Positions 1 to 8,328 of a DNA stretch of 36,478 bases are shown here, one piece after another (positions within the stretch are counted from its first letter, which is position 1; each line of letters begins with the position of its first letter). The notes below the pieces were generated by a model, which ran no database searches, was not told where the DNA came from, and saw nothing but the letters and a program-made list of their open reading frames with translations. Source of the stretch: Acidaminobacteraceae bacterium (GTDB lineage: Bacteria > Bacillota > Clostridia > Peptostreptococcales > Acidaminobacteraceae); the NCBI GenBank assembly GCA_049647005.1, contig JBARWW010000214.1, positions 1-36,478 of the forward strand. Reading direction: 5' to 3'. The position numbers were made by a program, and so were the translations under genes.

Positions 1-10
1 TACTAATGCT

Positions 11-817
11 ATGATAAGCGAACCTTTTTTCTCATTTGACTTATTTGAATATTCAATAACTGATCTTGAAATTTTATCTACATTTACAAAAAAACATTAT
101 AATCATCGTGATATGAGACTAATCGCTCGTGAATCAAGGGCAACAAATAAAATTTCTGAATTTGTATATGAACTCATAAGTAATCCTGAAGCAATGCTTG
201 ATATTATAAACAACATACTACCCGATATGAATCATGACACCTTAAATCGAATAATACCTATTTCAATTGAAAAAGCAGTTATAATGCGTGGTGAGGAACT
301 TGAAATAGACCGCGATAGACAAGTTGTATTAAAATATTCTGAAGATCAGCTAAGAAAACTTGGACGTTATAAATATATCGATCCATTAGAACACGATATT
401 TTTATACCTGAAAAAACAAAATTCGATTCTTTAATAAATGCAAATAAAGAAAATTACTCTGTTGAAAAAGGAAATCCTTTTAGTGATTTTTTTATAAGTA
501 AGATATATAAAGATGGAAAGAATATACGTGGTTATTTGATTGGACAATTTAAAGAAAGCATTGATGAACAAGGCGAGCAAGATATGACTCTGTATTGTAG
601 TCCCATAAATAATATAGAAAAATTTGTTCGTGAAAATCCTTGTGTAGAAGAAAGCGGATTCATAAATGCTAGACTTCAAAGCAGAAAAAATAATTCTTCT
701 GGTAAGATTTCATACTACTTACAAAGCAATATTGCAGGTATATCATTTATGAATTTTCCTAAACTAGTATCAGAAATCAATAATTTTGATGAGTTTTATA
801 AAGAATTTTTTGTATAA
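11..817 (+). CDS. hypothetical protein, no family recognised; possibly the 3' part of a longer gene
   Basis: 268-codon ORF. It is the only sizeable plus-strand ORF that is not antisense to a recognisable gene. The frame has no stop between nt 2 and the ATG at 11, and no SD is visible in the 10 nt upstream, so the gene may begin outside the window. It is followed by a strong hairpin at 839-885. Confidence 0.6.
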   Translation: MISEPFFSFDLFEYSITDLEILSTFTKKHYNHRDMRLIARESRATNKISEFVYELISNPEAMLDIINNILPDMNHDTLNRIIPISIEKAVIMRGEELEIDRDRQVVLKYSEDQLRKLGRYKYIDPLEHDIFIPEKTKFDSLINANKENYSVEKGNPFSDFFISKIYKDGKNIRGYLIGQFKESIDEQGEQDMTLYCSPINNIEKFVRENPCVEESGFINARLQSRKNNSSGKISYYLQSNIAGISFMNFPKLVSEINNFDEFYKEFFV

Positions 818-838
818 ATTTATTGATTTTAATTACTA

Positions 839-885
839 ATATACGCAAGTATATATGCTATTGCAGGCAATATACTTGCGTATAT
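839..885. terminator. putative bidirectional stop hairpin between convergent genes
   Basis: Perfect 16-bp inverted repeat: ATATACGCAAGTATAT (839-854) and ATATACTTGCGTATAT (870-885), with a 15-nt loop. A second 7-bp hairpin follows (AGAAAAG 886-892 / CTTTTCT 902-908). Neither strand has a clean U-tract. Confidence 0.4.
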
Positions 886-978
886 AGAAAAGTATATATC
901 GCTTTTCTCGTTATAATAATCAACTTAACAATTCATAGTTACAGCCTTCTGATTGACCCATCTTTTTAATCATTTTCA

Positions 979-1491
979 TCAATCAACATCATCTGGCCAA
1001 GGTCTTTTGCTCTGTTTAGTCACCTTACCACTTACAGGGTCTACATTATAGTAAATGTATCCCTTGTCGATATTAAAGCGGTAATAATAGTTCCTATTAT
1101 AAATAAGGAATCTTTCTGGGTCATTATTAACAGGTACTGTACTCATCTTGAAATTATATTTAGTAAGACTAAAACTCTCTGGCTCATCAAAATCATTCAT
1201 GATTAGTACTATTCCGTCCTCATATGTGTACTCTGGCTGAGTTATAAATAATGTAATAGAAACACCTATAGTAAGTATTAGCATAAAAAATATTCTTAAT
1301 TTATAATATGAATTTATATGGTTTTCCGATAGTAATCTATACCAAGCATAGCTAAAAGCAAATCCTAATCCAATAGATGATGTCACAGAATGTACACCTT
1401 TATACGATATCGTTGAATATATAATAAAGCATGTTTGCAAAATTTCTAATAGTAAAATTATTTTAAAAGTACGTTTATTTGTTTTATTCAT
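979..1491 (-). CDS. hypothetical membrane protein (about 3 predicted TM helices plus a C-terminal soluble domain)
   Basis: The ORF track gives 979..1599. The internal ATG at 1491 (MNKTNKRTF...) is preceded by GGGAGA with 7-nt spacing, whereas the 1599 start has no SD. Hydrophobic stretches are IILLLEILQTCFIIY, IGLGFAFSYAWY and IFFMLILTIGVSITLFI. No family recognised. Confidence 0.6.
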   Translation of the reverse strand: MNKTNKRTFKIILLLEILQTCFIIYSTISYKGVHSVTSSIGLGFAFSYAWYRLLSENHINSYYKLRIFFMLILTIGVSITLFITQPEYTYEDGIVLIMNDFDEPESFSLTKYNFKMSTVPVNNDPERFLIYNRNYYYRFNIDKGYIYYNVDPVSGKVTKQSKRPWPDDVD

Positions 1492-1638
1492 TTTTTTCTC
1501 CCTATAAGTATTCCTATGATTTTTCTTTAGTATACATACTATAAGTGTGCTATATAATAATATAACTCCAACCGTTTTTACCATTCCAATTATATCCAAT
1601 CATTTCCTTTAAGTCACTAGATTTTACCAAATAGATAT

Positions 1639-1689
1639 AAAAAAGCAACAATTCAACTTAAGTTGTAAAACTCAAATTGAATTGTTGCT
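1639..1689 (-). terminator. rho-independent terminator downstream of the DUF1801 gene
   Basis: 13-bp perfect stem (AGCAACAATTCAA 1644-1656 / TTGAATTGTTGCT 1677-1689), followed on the minus strand by TTTTT (A-run 1639-1643). The 20-nt loop is large. Confidence 0.55.
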
Positions 1690-1703
1690 TAATTCTCATT
1701 ATT

Positions 1704-2111
1704 TTAACTATAAATGGCCTTACCTGATTCTACATCATCCCAGTAGCTACGAATAAGCTCTCGAAAAACATCTACATCAATTTTATCCATGTTACTAATA
1801 TATAGACAAATCTTTCCCCTTCTATACTTACCTATACGATCCAGGTATTCTTTATAGGGATCAAGACCTCCAACTGCAAAGTATATTGTGATATGCGATT
1901 TTGCTGTTACAAAAGATAATTTGGGCATATCACCTTGGTTGGTTTTATTGATGTATCGATAATCCCCAAATCCAATGTAATGATCTTCCCACAGTTTTAC
2001 TTCTTCATTTATTACATCTCTCATTATTTCTAAAATCTTTAAAGAATCTTCCCTTCGCCTCTTGTGTTCAAGTTTACCTAACTTAGTTTTTATTTTTTCA
2101 TAATCAGACAT
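1704..2111 (-). CDS. DUF1801 (YdhG-like) domain protein
   Basis: The ORF track gives 1704..2219. The ATG at 2111 (MSDYEKIK...) is preceded by AAAGAGG, 6 nt upstream. The segment GFGDYRYINKTNQGDMPKLSFVTAKSHITIYF...RRGKICLYISNMDKIDVDVFRELI resembles the DUF1801/YdhG fold as I remember it. Confidence 0.6.
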   Translation of the reverse strand: MSDYEKIKTKLGKLEHKRRREDSLKILEIMRDVINEEVKLWEDHYIGFGDYRYINKTNQGDMPKLSFVTAKSHITIYFAVGGLDPYKEYLDRIGKYRRGKICLYISNMDKIDVDVFRELIRSYWDDVESGKAIYS

Positions 2112-2256
2112 ACTTACCTCTTTTTTTCTCACACTGGAATTAATTTGTAACTTCCGACTTAATTTCAAAGCTAGTTCTTTTAACTTTCTAATTATAGTAG
2201 GTAATGTAGAATTCCACATCTATTAGATTATTTATACCCTAGTATGAGACTATAAA

Positions 2257-2289
2257 CAAAAAAACAGGCCCTAGAATTAACTAGAGCCT
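2257..2289 (-). terminator. rho-independent terminator after pyrR
   Basis: On the minus strand, AGGCTCTAG-TTAATT-CTAGGGCCT (one bulge) is followed by GTTTTTTTG. It lies about 70 nt downstream of the pyrR stop. Confidence 0.6.
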
Positions 2290-2356
2290 ACATATTTTAC
2301 TATTAATTTTTACTTATCTAATTAATTCACTTATCTAGTTACTTACTATATACAAC

Positions 2357-2893
2357 TTACTTATTATATATAGAAACTTCATTTAATGAATCAATTTCTT
2401 TAATGCGAACTTTAACAATTTCTTTCTTAGATGTCGGAACATTTTTACCGATGTAATCTGCTCTAATTGGAAGTTCTCTATGACCCCTATCAACTAAAAC
2501 TGCAAGCTGAATAGTCTTAGGTCTACCAACATCCATAACAGCGTCAAGTGCAGCTCTTACAGTTCTACCTGTAAATATAACGTCATCAACCAAAACAACG
2601 TTCATATTTGAGATATCAAAATCTATATCGCTCTCTCTTACTATTGGCTTATCCGCTATTTCACTTAGATCATCTCTATACATTGTGATGTCAATCGATC
2701 CAACCTTAACAAGTTTTCCTTCAATAGATTCAATCTTGTCTGCAATCATCTTGGCAATAGGAACACCTCTTGAGTGTATTCCTATAAGTGCTACATCTGT
2801 AACACCCTTATTATGCTCAATGATTTCATGAGCAAGCCTCGTTATTGATCTCATCATACCTGCTTCATCTAAAATCCTTGCTTTAAATTCCAT
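2357..2893 (-). CDS. pyrR: bifunctional pyrimidine operon regulator / uracil phosphoribosyltransferase PyrR
   Basis: 178 aa. N-terminus is [30 protein letters not shown]-binding loop is [21 protein letters not shown]. Also carries [21 protein letters not shown]. Typical PyrR length and motifs. Confidence 0.92.
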   Translation of the reverse strand: MEFKARILDEAGMMRSITRLAHEIIEHNKGVTDVALIGIHSRGVPIAKMIADKIESIEGKLVKVGSIDITMYRDDLSEIADKPIVRESDIDFDISNMNVVLVDDVIFTGRTVRAALDAVMDVGRPKTIQLAVLVDRGHRELPIRADYIGKNVPTSKKEIVKVRIKEIDSLNEVSIYNK

Positions 2894-2902
2894 GTTATCC
2901 CC

Positions 2903-3883
2903 CTAGTTTTCTACCGCCTCAATCTTTTTAAAGACCTTATCAAAGTTTTCCGGTAGTTCAGATTTAAACTCCATGTACTCATTAGTAGTTGGGTGAATAA
3001 ACCCTAGAGTTTCTGCATGAAGCATTTGTCCTTCAACTTTTATCTTTAGAGTTCTTATCTTAGGTCCATAAAGAACATCACCAAGTAGTGGATGCTTTAT
3101 GTGAGCCATATGAACTCTAATTTGATGTGTTCTTCCTGTTTCAAGATTACATCTAACTACTGTATAAGCTTCGTATCTCTTAAGTATACTATAGTGTGTT
3201 ACTGATTCACGTCCACCATGTACAACTGCCATTCTAAGTCTGTCTTTTGGATTTCTAGCAATTGGAGCATCAACAGTTCCTTCGTTTTGTCTAAATCTAC
3301 CATGAACTATAGCAATGTAGCTTCTAGTTGATGAGTGATCTTTTAGTTGAGCTGCAAGATGGTTATGAGCATGGTTATTTTTAGCAACCATTATAAGGCC
3401 TGACGTGTCTTTGTCGATTCTATGAACTATACCTGGTCTAATAACACCATTTATAGACGAAAGGTTCTTACAGTGGAATAATAGAGCATTTACTAGTGTT
3501 CCATCATAGTTACCCGGTGCTGGATGCACAACCATACCAGCAGGTTTATCTACAACTATAACATCATCATCTTCATATACAATTGTAATTGGAATATCTT
3601 GAGCTTCAATTTTCAATTCTTCTGGCTCTGGAATACCTATAACAACTTTATCATTTAAGTTAACTTTATAGTTCTTAGCTACTTTTATCTCACCATTAAC
3701 TTTAATATATCCTTCTTTAACTAAAGTTTGAATATAACTTCTAGATTGATCATTAAGAAGTTCGTTAAGATAAACGTCAAGTCTTATATTCGTTGAATCT
3801 TCATCTACTACAAATTCATACTTCTCAAATATTGGCTTTGCTGCAAGCACTTTCTCTTCTCGTATAACTTTTTTCTTTTGCAT
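2903..3883 (-). CDS. rluD: RluA-family 23S rRNA pseudouridine synthase (RluD-type, with N-terminal S4 domain)
   Basis: 326 aa. S4-like N-terminus is RLDVYLNELL...SRSYIQTLVKEGYIKVNG. Catalytic motif is HRIDKDTSGLIMVAKN. Also has ETGRTHQIRVH. SD AAAGAGGAAA lies upstream. The conserved ileS-rluD-pyrR neighbourhood matches B. subtilis. Confidence 0.9.
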   Translation of the reverse strand: MQKKKVIREEKVLAAKPIFEKYEFVVDEDSTNIRLDVYLNELLNDQSRSYIQTLVKEGYIKVNGEIKVAKNYKVNLNDKVVIGIPEPEELKIEAQDIPITIVYEDDDVIVVDKPAGMVVHPAPGNYDGTLVNALLFHCKNLSSINGVIRPGIVHRIDKDTSGLIMVAKNNHAHNHLAAQLKDHSSTRSYIAIVHGRFRQNEGTVDAPIARNPKDRLRMAVVHGGRESVTHYSILKRYEAYTVVRCNLETGRTHQIRVHMAHIKHPLLGDVLYGPKIRTLKIKVEGQMLHAETLGFIHPTTNEYMEFKSELPENFDKVFKKIEAVEN

Positions 3884-3968
3884 TTTTTTTCCTCTTTGTT
3901 TTCATCTATAAATACTAAGTATTAAAACTTGTTTCTTTTATTGCGATACTAGCTTCTGGAAAATAGTT

Positions 3969-4236
3969 TCCTACTCCACTTCGTTGCGAGTTTTACTTGC
4001 TCCACTCCGCTGCGTGAAAAGATTTTACCATACTGCGTATGATAAAACCAGCTTCGTCCTACGTAAATTTTTTCATCTTAAAGCGTGATGAAAAAAATTT
4101 ACTCACGAAGCTTTCTTGCTCCACTCCGTTCCGGAAAAGATTTTACCATACTACGTATGATAAAACCAGGCTCGCTCTGCGTGAATTTTTCATCTAAGAT
4201 CACGATGGAAAAATTTACTTGCGAGCCTTTCTTTTC
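3969..4236. repeat. tandem direct repeat, about 119-nt unit x 2 plus a partial unit, each unit containing two hairpins
   Basis: Unit A (3996-4114) and unit B (4115-4233) both start with CTTGCTCCACTCCG and align over their whole length, about four-fifths identical by eye. A partial unit TCCTACTCCACTTCGTTGCGAG precedes them. Each unit has a short hairpin TTTTACCATAC-nnn-GTATGATAAAA and a long imperfect hairpin. The long hairpin's outer 8-bp stem is AGCTTCGT/ACGAAGCT in A (4050-4057 / 4105-4112) and AGGCTCGC/GCGAGCCT in B (4168-4175 / 4221-4228). The region contains no ORF. Confidence 0.85.
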
Positions 4237-4241
4237 TAACT

Positions 4242-4274
4242 AAAAACAGAAACTGAGCAAAACTCAGTTTCTGT
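4242..4274 (-). terminator. rho-independent terminator of ileS
   Basis: 12-bp perfect stem ACAGAAACTGAG (4246-4257) / CTCAGTTTCTGT (4263-4274) with a 5-nt loop. It is followed on the minus strand by TTTTT. It lies about 50 nt after the ileS stop. Confidence 0.85.
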
Positions 4275-4321
4275 CTATTTATATAATACTTTATATAAGT
4301 TGTTTTTTCAATAAACTATGA

Positions 4322-7300
4322 TTAGATTTTTTCAACAAATAATTGAACTTTATGATCATTTAGTACAAATTCTTCATAAGTTTTCTCTTGACCTTTAATT
4401 AAATCATGAGCTAATGTTTCTGACTTGATGTATTCTGCAAATTCAGATATTCCAGCGTTAAACTCATCTTCACAGTTGTAGAATATCTTGATGTTATCAA
4501 GCATATCAAAGTCGTTTGCTTTTCTCATTTGTTGAACTCTTGAAATCATCTCTCTTGCAAATCCTTCGTGGATTAAAGCTTCGTTTAAAGTAGTATCAAG
4601 GATAACAAATATATTGTTTTCCATGTTTACAGTAAATCCTTCTTTTGCAGAGATATTAACAAGTACATGCTCAGATGTTACAGTGAACTCTTTGCCTACT
4701 AAATCAATCTTAACTTCACCACCAGCTTCGATAACTGGAACAACTTCGTTAGCATTTAAAGTAGCGATAGCTTTACCAAATGCACCCATGTTCTTACCAA
4801 GGATTGGTCCGAGCACCTTAAAGTTTGGCTTAAGTCCAAAGTTCATGTAATCACTTAGGTCTTTAGCAAATTCTACGCCTTTAACATTAAGTTCTTCTTG
4901 AATTAATGGAACTAAGTCAGATATAAGATCTTCGTATTTACCATCGATAAGTACGTTTTGGATTGGTTGTCTTACTTTAATCTTTACAGATTCTCTAGCT
5001 CCACGTCCAAGTCCAACAAGATTACGAACTAAGTCCATTTTCTCTTCAACTTTATTATCAACTAATTTTTCATCATATACTGGAAACTCAGCTAAGTGAA
5101 CTGATTTATCTCCAGTTAAGTTCATGTACATTTCTTCTGTGATGTAAGGAGCAAATGGAGCAGCTAACTTACAAACTGTAGTTAATACTTCAAAAGTAGT
5201 GTTATAAACTGACTTTTTATCTAATGATAACTCAGTATCCCAGAATCTTCTTCTAGATCTTCTGATGTACCAGTTAGATAAGTCTTCGTTTACAAACTCT
5301 TGAATCTTCCTTACAGCTTTTGTAGTATCAAATTCTTCCATATCGTTTGTTACATTATTTATTAAGTTGTTAAGCTTAGATAACATCCATCTATCAAGCT
5401 CTGGTCTATCAGTAGGATCTACGTAGAAGGCAGAAACATCAATGTTGTCTGTGTTTTCATATAATGTGAAGAAGTTATAAACGTTCTTGATAGTTCTAAA
5501 GAACTTACTATCAACTTCTTTAACACCCTCTTCGTCAAACTTAGTAGGAGTCCAGGCTGGAGAACCATGGTATAAGTACCATCTCACAACATCAGCGCCA
5601 TACTTATCAAATAATACGAATGAATCAACACCATTTCCTCTTGATTTAGACATTTTCTTGCCGTCTTTATCAAGGATAAGGTCGTTTACTAAAACATTCT
5701 TGTAAGGAGCTTTGCCCATTACAAATGTTGAGATAGCAAGTAATGAGTAGAACCAACCTCTAGTCTGGTCTATACCTTCACAGATAAAGTCAGCTGGGAA
5801 GTTTTTCTCAAACTCTTCTTTGTTCTCGAACGGGTAGTGCATTTGTGCAAATGGCATTGATCCACTATCAAACCAGCAGTCAATAACATCAGGAACTCTT
5901 GTCATTATACCAGAACACTTATCGCACTTGATGTGTACATCGTCAACGTATGGTCTGTGAAGTTCGATTGTTATATCGATATCTTCGATAGCTCTATTTA
6001 CAAGGTCTTGTCTAGATTCTACTGTGTCCATGTGACCGCAGTCGCATTTCCAAATATTAAGTGGAGTTCCCCAGTATCTACTTCTAGAAATAGCCCAGTC
6101 ATTTAAATTTTCTAACCAGTTACCAAATCTCTTCTCACCAACGTAACCTGGATACCAGTTTACAGTATCGTTGTTTGCGATAAGTTGATCTTTTATCTTA
6201 GTCATTTCGATATACCAGCTTGGCTTAGCATAGTATAAAAGTGGCGTTTTACATCTCCAACAGTGTGGATAGTTGTGTACCATTTTTTCTTTCTTGAAAA
6301 GTTTTCCTTCAGCATATAACCACTTAACTATGTCAAGGTCAGCGTCCATAACGAACATACCTTTCCAAGGTGTAGCAGTATATTTACCATCTTCGTCTAC
6401 TGGTTGAAGAACTGGAAGGTTGTATCTTTTACCAGTGTTGTAGTCATCTTCACCAAATGCAGGCGCAGTATGAACAATACCAGTTCCATCTTCTGTTGTT
6501 ACATAATCAGCACAAGTTACAAAGAACGCTTTTTTGTCAGCTTCAACGAAAGGCATAAGTTGCTCGTACTCCATATATTCTAAATCTTTTCCAGTCATTT
6601 CTTCAAGAATTTTGTACTCACCTTCGATAACTTTAGAAGCTAAGTTCTTTTCAATGTAATAAATTTCGCCGCTATCAGCAGACTTAATTCTTACATATGT
6701 TTCTTTAGGATTAACAGTTAATGCTACGTTTGAAGCAAGAGTCCAAGGAGTAGTTGTCCATACTAGGAAATACTCATCTTTGTCTTTTAACTTAAACTTA
6801 GTGTAAACTGTGATAGTTTTGATTTCTTGGTATCCTTGGGCAACTTCATGAGTTGCAAGTCCAGTACCACATCTAGTACAGTAAGGAAGAATCTTATGTC
6901 CTTCATATATCATGTTCTCTTTGAAGAATTTGTTTAAGATCCACCACTCTGTCTCGATAAAGTTGTTATCAAGAGTGATATATGGATTATCAAGATCTAC
7001 TAAATAAGCCATTCTCTCTGTTTGATCTCTCCAAACACTTTCATACTCAAATACAGATTCTCTACATTTCTCATTGAAATTCTTGATTCCGTATGTTTCG
7101 ATTTCTGCTTTGTTGTTAAGTTTAAGTCTTTTTTCAACTTCAATTTCAACAGGAAGACCATGAGTATCCCATCCAGCCTTTCTTTTTACTTGGTAACCTC
7201 TCATAGTTTTATATCTACATACAGAATCCTTAAGTGCACGTGCTATAACGTGGTGGATTCCTGGCTTACCATTAGCCGTTGGAGGTCCATCATAAAACAC

Positions 7301-7423
7301 AAATCGCTCATTACCTTCTCTTGTTTCTACACTAGCCTTTAGTAGATCAATTTCATCCCAGTACTTTCTTACTAACTCTTCCGAGTTTACGATTGAATTA
7401 CTATTAAGTTCTTTATAAGCCAT
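4322..7423 (-). CDS. ileS: isoleucine--tRNA ligase, long (about 1030 aa) type-2-like form
   Basis: 1033 aa. Class I signature region is PPTANGKPGIHHVIARALKD. KMSKS loop is KMSKSRGN. Also has the CP1 editing region and WTTTPWTL. SD AAGGAG lies 8 nt upstream of the ATG. It is preceded by a T-box leader with an AUC specifier. Confidence 0.95.
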   Translation of the reverse strand: MAYKELNSNSIVNSEELVRKYWDEIDLLKASVETREGNERFVFYDGPPTANGKPGIHHVIARALKDSVCRYKTMRGYQVKRKAGWDTHGLPVEIEVEKRLKLNNKAEIETYGIKNFNEKCRESVFEYESVWRDQTERMAYLVDLDNPYITLDNNFIETEWWILNKFFKENMIYEGHKILPYCTRCGTGLATHEVAQGYQEIKTITVYTKFKLKDKDEYFLVWTTTPWTLASNVALTVNPKETYVRIKSADSGEIYYIEKNLASKVIEGEYKILEEMTGKDLEYMEYEQLMPFVEADKKAFFVTCADYVTTEDGTGIVHTAPAFGEDDYNTGKRYNLPVLQPVDEDGKYTATPWKGMFVMDADLDIVKWLYAEGKLFKKEKMVHNYPHCWRCKTPLLYYAKPSWYIEMTKIKDQLIANNDTVNWYPGYVGEKRFGNWLENLNDWAISRSRYWGTPLNIWKCDCGHMDTVESRQDLVNRAIEDIDITIELHRPYVDDVHIKCDKCSGIMTRVPDVIDCWFDSGSMPFAQMHYPFENKEEFEKNFPADFICEGIDQTRGWFYSLLAISTFVMGKAPYKNVLVNDLILDKDGKKMSKSRGNGVDSFVLFDKYGADVVRWYLYHGSPAWTPTKFDEEGVKEVDSKFFRTIKNVYNFFTLYENTDNIDVSAFYVDPTDRPELDRWMLSKLNNLINNVTNDMEEFDTTKAVRKIQEFVNEDLSNWYIRRSRRRFWDTELSLDKKSVYNTTFEVLTTVCKLAAPFAPYITEEMYMNLTGDKSVHLAEFPVYDEKLVDNKVEEKMDLVRNLVGLGRGARESVKIKVRQPIQNVLIDGKYEDLISDLVPLIQEELNVKGVEFAKDLSDYMNFGLKPNFKVLGPILGKNMGAFGKAIATLNANEVVPVIEAGGEVKIDLVGKEFTVTSEHVLVNISAKEGFTVNMENNIFVILDTTLNEALIHEGFAREMISRVQQMRKANDFDMLDNIKIFYNCEDEFNAGISEFAEYIKSETLAHDLIKGQEKTYEEFVLNDHKVQLFVEKI

Positions 7424-7561
7424 AGTTACACTCCTTTTATTTATCTCTTGTATTTATTTATTTGATTAATCGTAGCATTCTTGACATAATCTTTCCTTGC
7501 CACAAGGCTACTTTGAGTTTGAAATACATGCTAGCATTAACTACATCTACTCCAAAAACAT

Positions 7562-7753
7562 AAAAAGTCCCTGAGCAAAATGCCCAGGGACGAATATTCT
7601 CGCGGTACCACCCTAGTTCTCAGTCATACAGACTAAACAACTCTTAAAATTTTAACGGTATTAAACCGGCGCATCTTACTAATTTCAGATTTGCGTCTAA
7701 AGGGTGATATTCAAGATACTTAACTAATAGTTTTCACCGACCACTATCTCTCT
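7562..7753 (-). promoter_or_regulatory. T-box riboswitch leader (Ile specifier) controlling ileS
   Basis: The minus strand carries the T-box core AGAACTAGGGTGGTACCGCG (7620-7601). This is followed by terminator GTCCCTGGGC-ATTTT-GCTCAGGGAC plus TTTTT (7591-7562). A GA-rich AGAGAGA sits at the stem I base (7753-7747). The candidate specifier is AUC followed by A, within GAATATCACCC (ATC = 7708-7706). Confidence 0.85.
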
Positions 7754-7759
7754 AAAAAA

Positions 7760-7788
7760 AGTATAATATCCCTACTTGTCCCTCTTAA
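7760..7788 (-). promoter_or_regulatory. candidate sigma-A promoter for the ileS T-box leader
   Basis: On the minus strand, TTAAGA (7788-7783), a 17-nt spacer, then TATACT (7765-7760). This places the start near the AGAGAGA of stem I. Motif match only. Confidence 0.35.
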
Positions 7789-7864
7789 AGACTTTATAAA
7801 TATGTGTGAAAGCTAATTTCTAACTTTCTACTCAATTATATGAATTATATCCCAATTATATTAT

Positions 7865-8311
7865 TTAGTCAATATTATAATCTTCAATTAAATCAAGTTG
7901 TGATTTAAGAAGTGTTTTATATCTAGTCCTAAATATAATAAAATCTTTTTTAGCTTCTTCATGTTGCTTTGCGATCTGAATACCTTCATCACTTGCCGCT
8001 CGAATAATTTCCTTTGCACGAGCTTCAGATTCTCTTACTATTAAATCCGACCTATCATTTGCGCTCTTTATAACTTCATCATGAGTTCTTTGAGCAATGA
8101 TAAGTGCGTCTCTTAAATTTTGTTCTATTCTATTAAATTTATCCAGCTCATCTTGTAAAGTCTTTATTTTCTCCGACTTATCTATAGTTTCATTGATAAG
8201 ACGCTCCATTTCATCAGAAACTCTTTGATTATATTCATCAACTTCTGCTTTTTTATAACCATTTATAGATTTTGCATATTGTTTTTTGGATACCTCAAGT
8301 GGTGAAATCAC
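7865..8311 (-). CDS. divIVA: DivIVA-domain cell-division/septum-site protein
   Basis: 148 aa. GTG start with AGGGGG 7 nt upstream. N-terminus ISPLEVSKKQYAKSINGYKKAEVDEYNQRV matches the DivIVA lipid-binding domain pattern, and the rest is coiled-coil. It sits in the conserved position after ylmH and before ileS. Confidence 0.88.
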   Translation of the reverse strand: MISPLEVSKKQYAKSINGYKKAEVDEYNQRVSDEMERLINETIDKSEKIKTLQDELDKFNRIEQNLRDALIIAQRTHDEVIKSANDRSDLIVRESEARAKEIIRAASDEGIQIAKQHEEAKKDFIIFRTRYKTLLKSQLDLIEDYNID

Positions 8312-8328
8312 TTTATAACCCCCTAAAC

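Noticed and set aside
3969-4236. CRISPR array
   Set aside because: The repeats are about 119 nt long, directly abutting, with no unique spacers and no cas genes. This is a tandem repeat, not a CRISPR array.
4614-7342. Plus-strand ORFs 4614..4850, 5487..5705 and 7022..7342, antisense to ileS
   Set aside because: They lie entirely inside a confidently identified 1033-aa gene. Their composition is Ser/Leu/Thr/Phe-rich and low-complexity, typical of antisense frames in AT-rich DNA. They have no SD and no recognisable domains.
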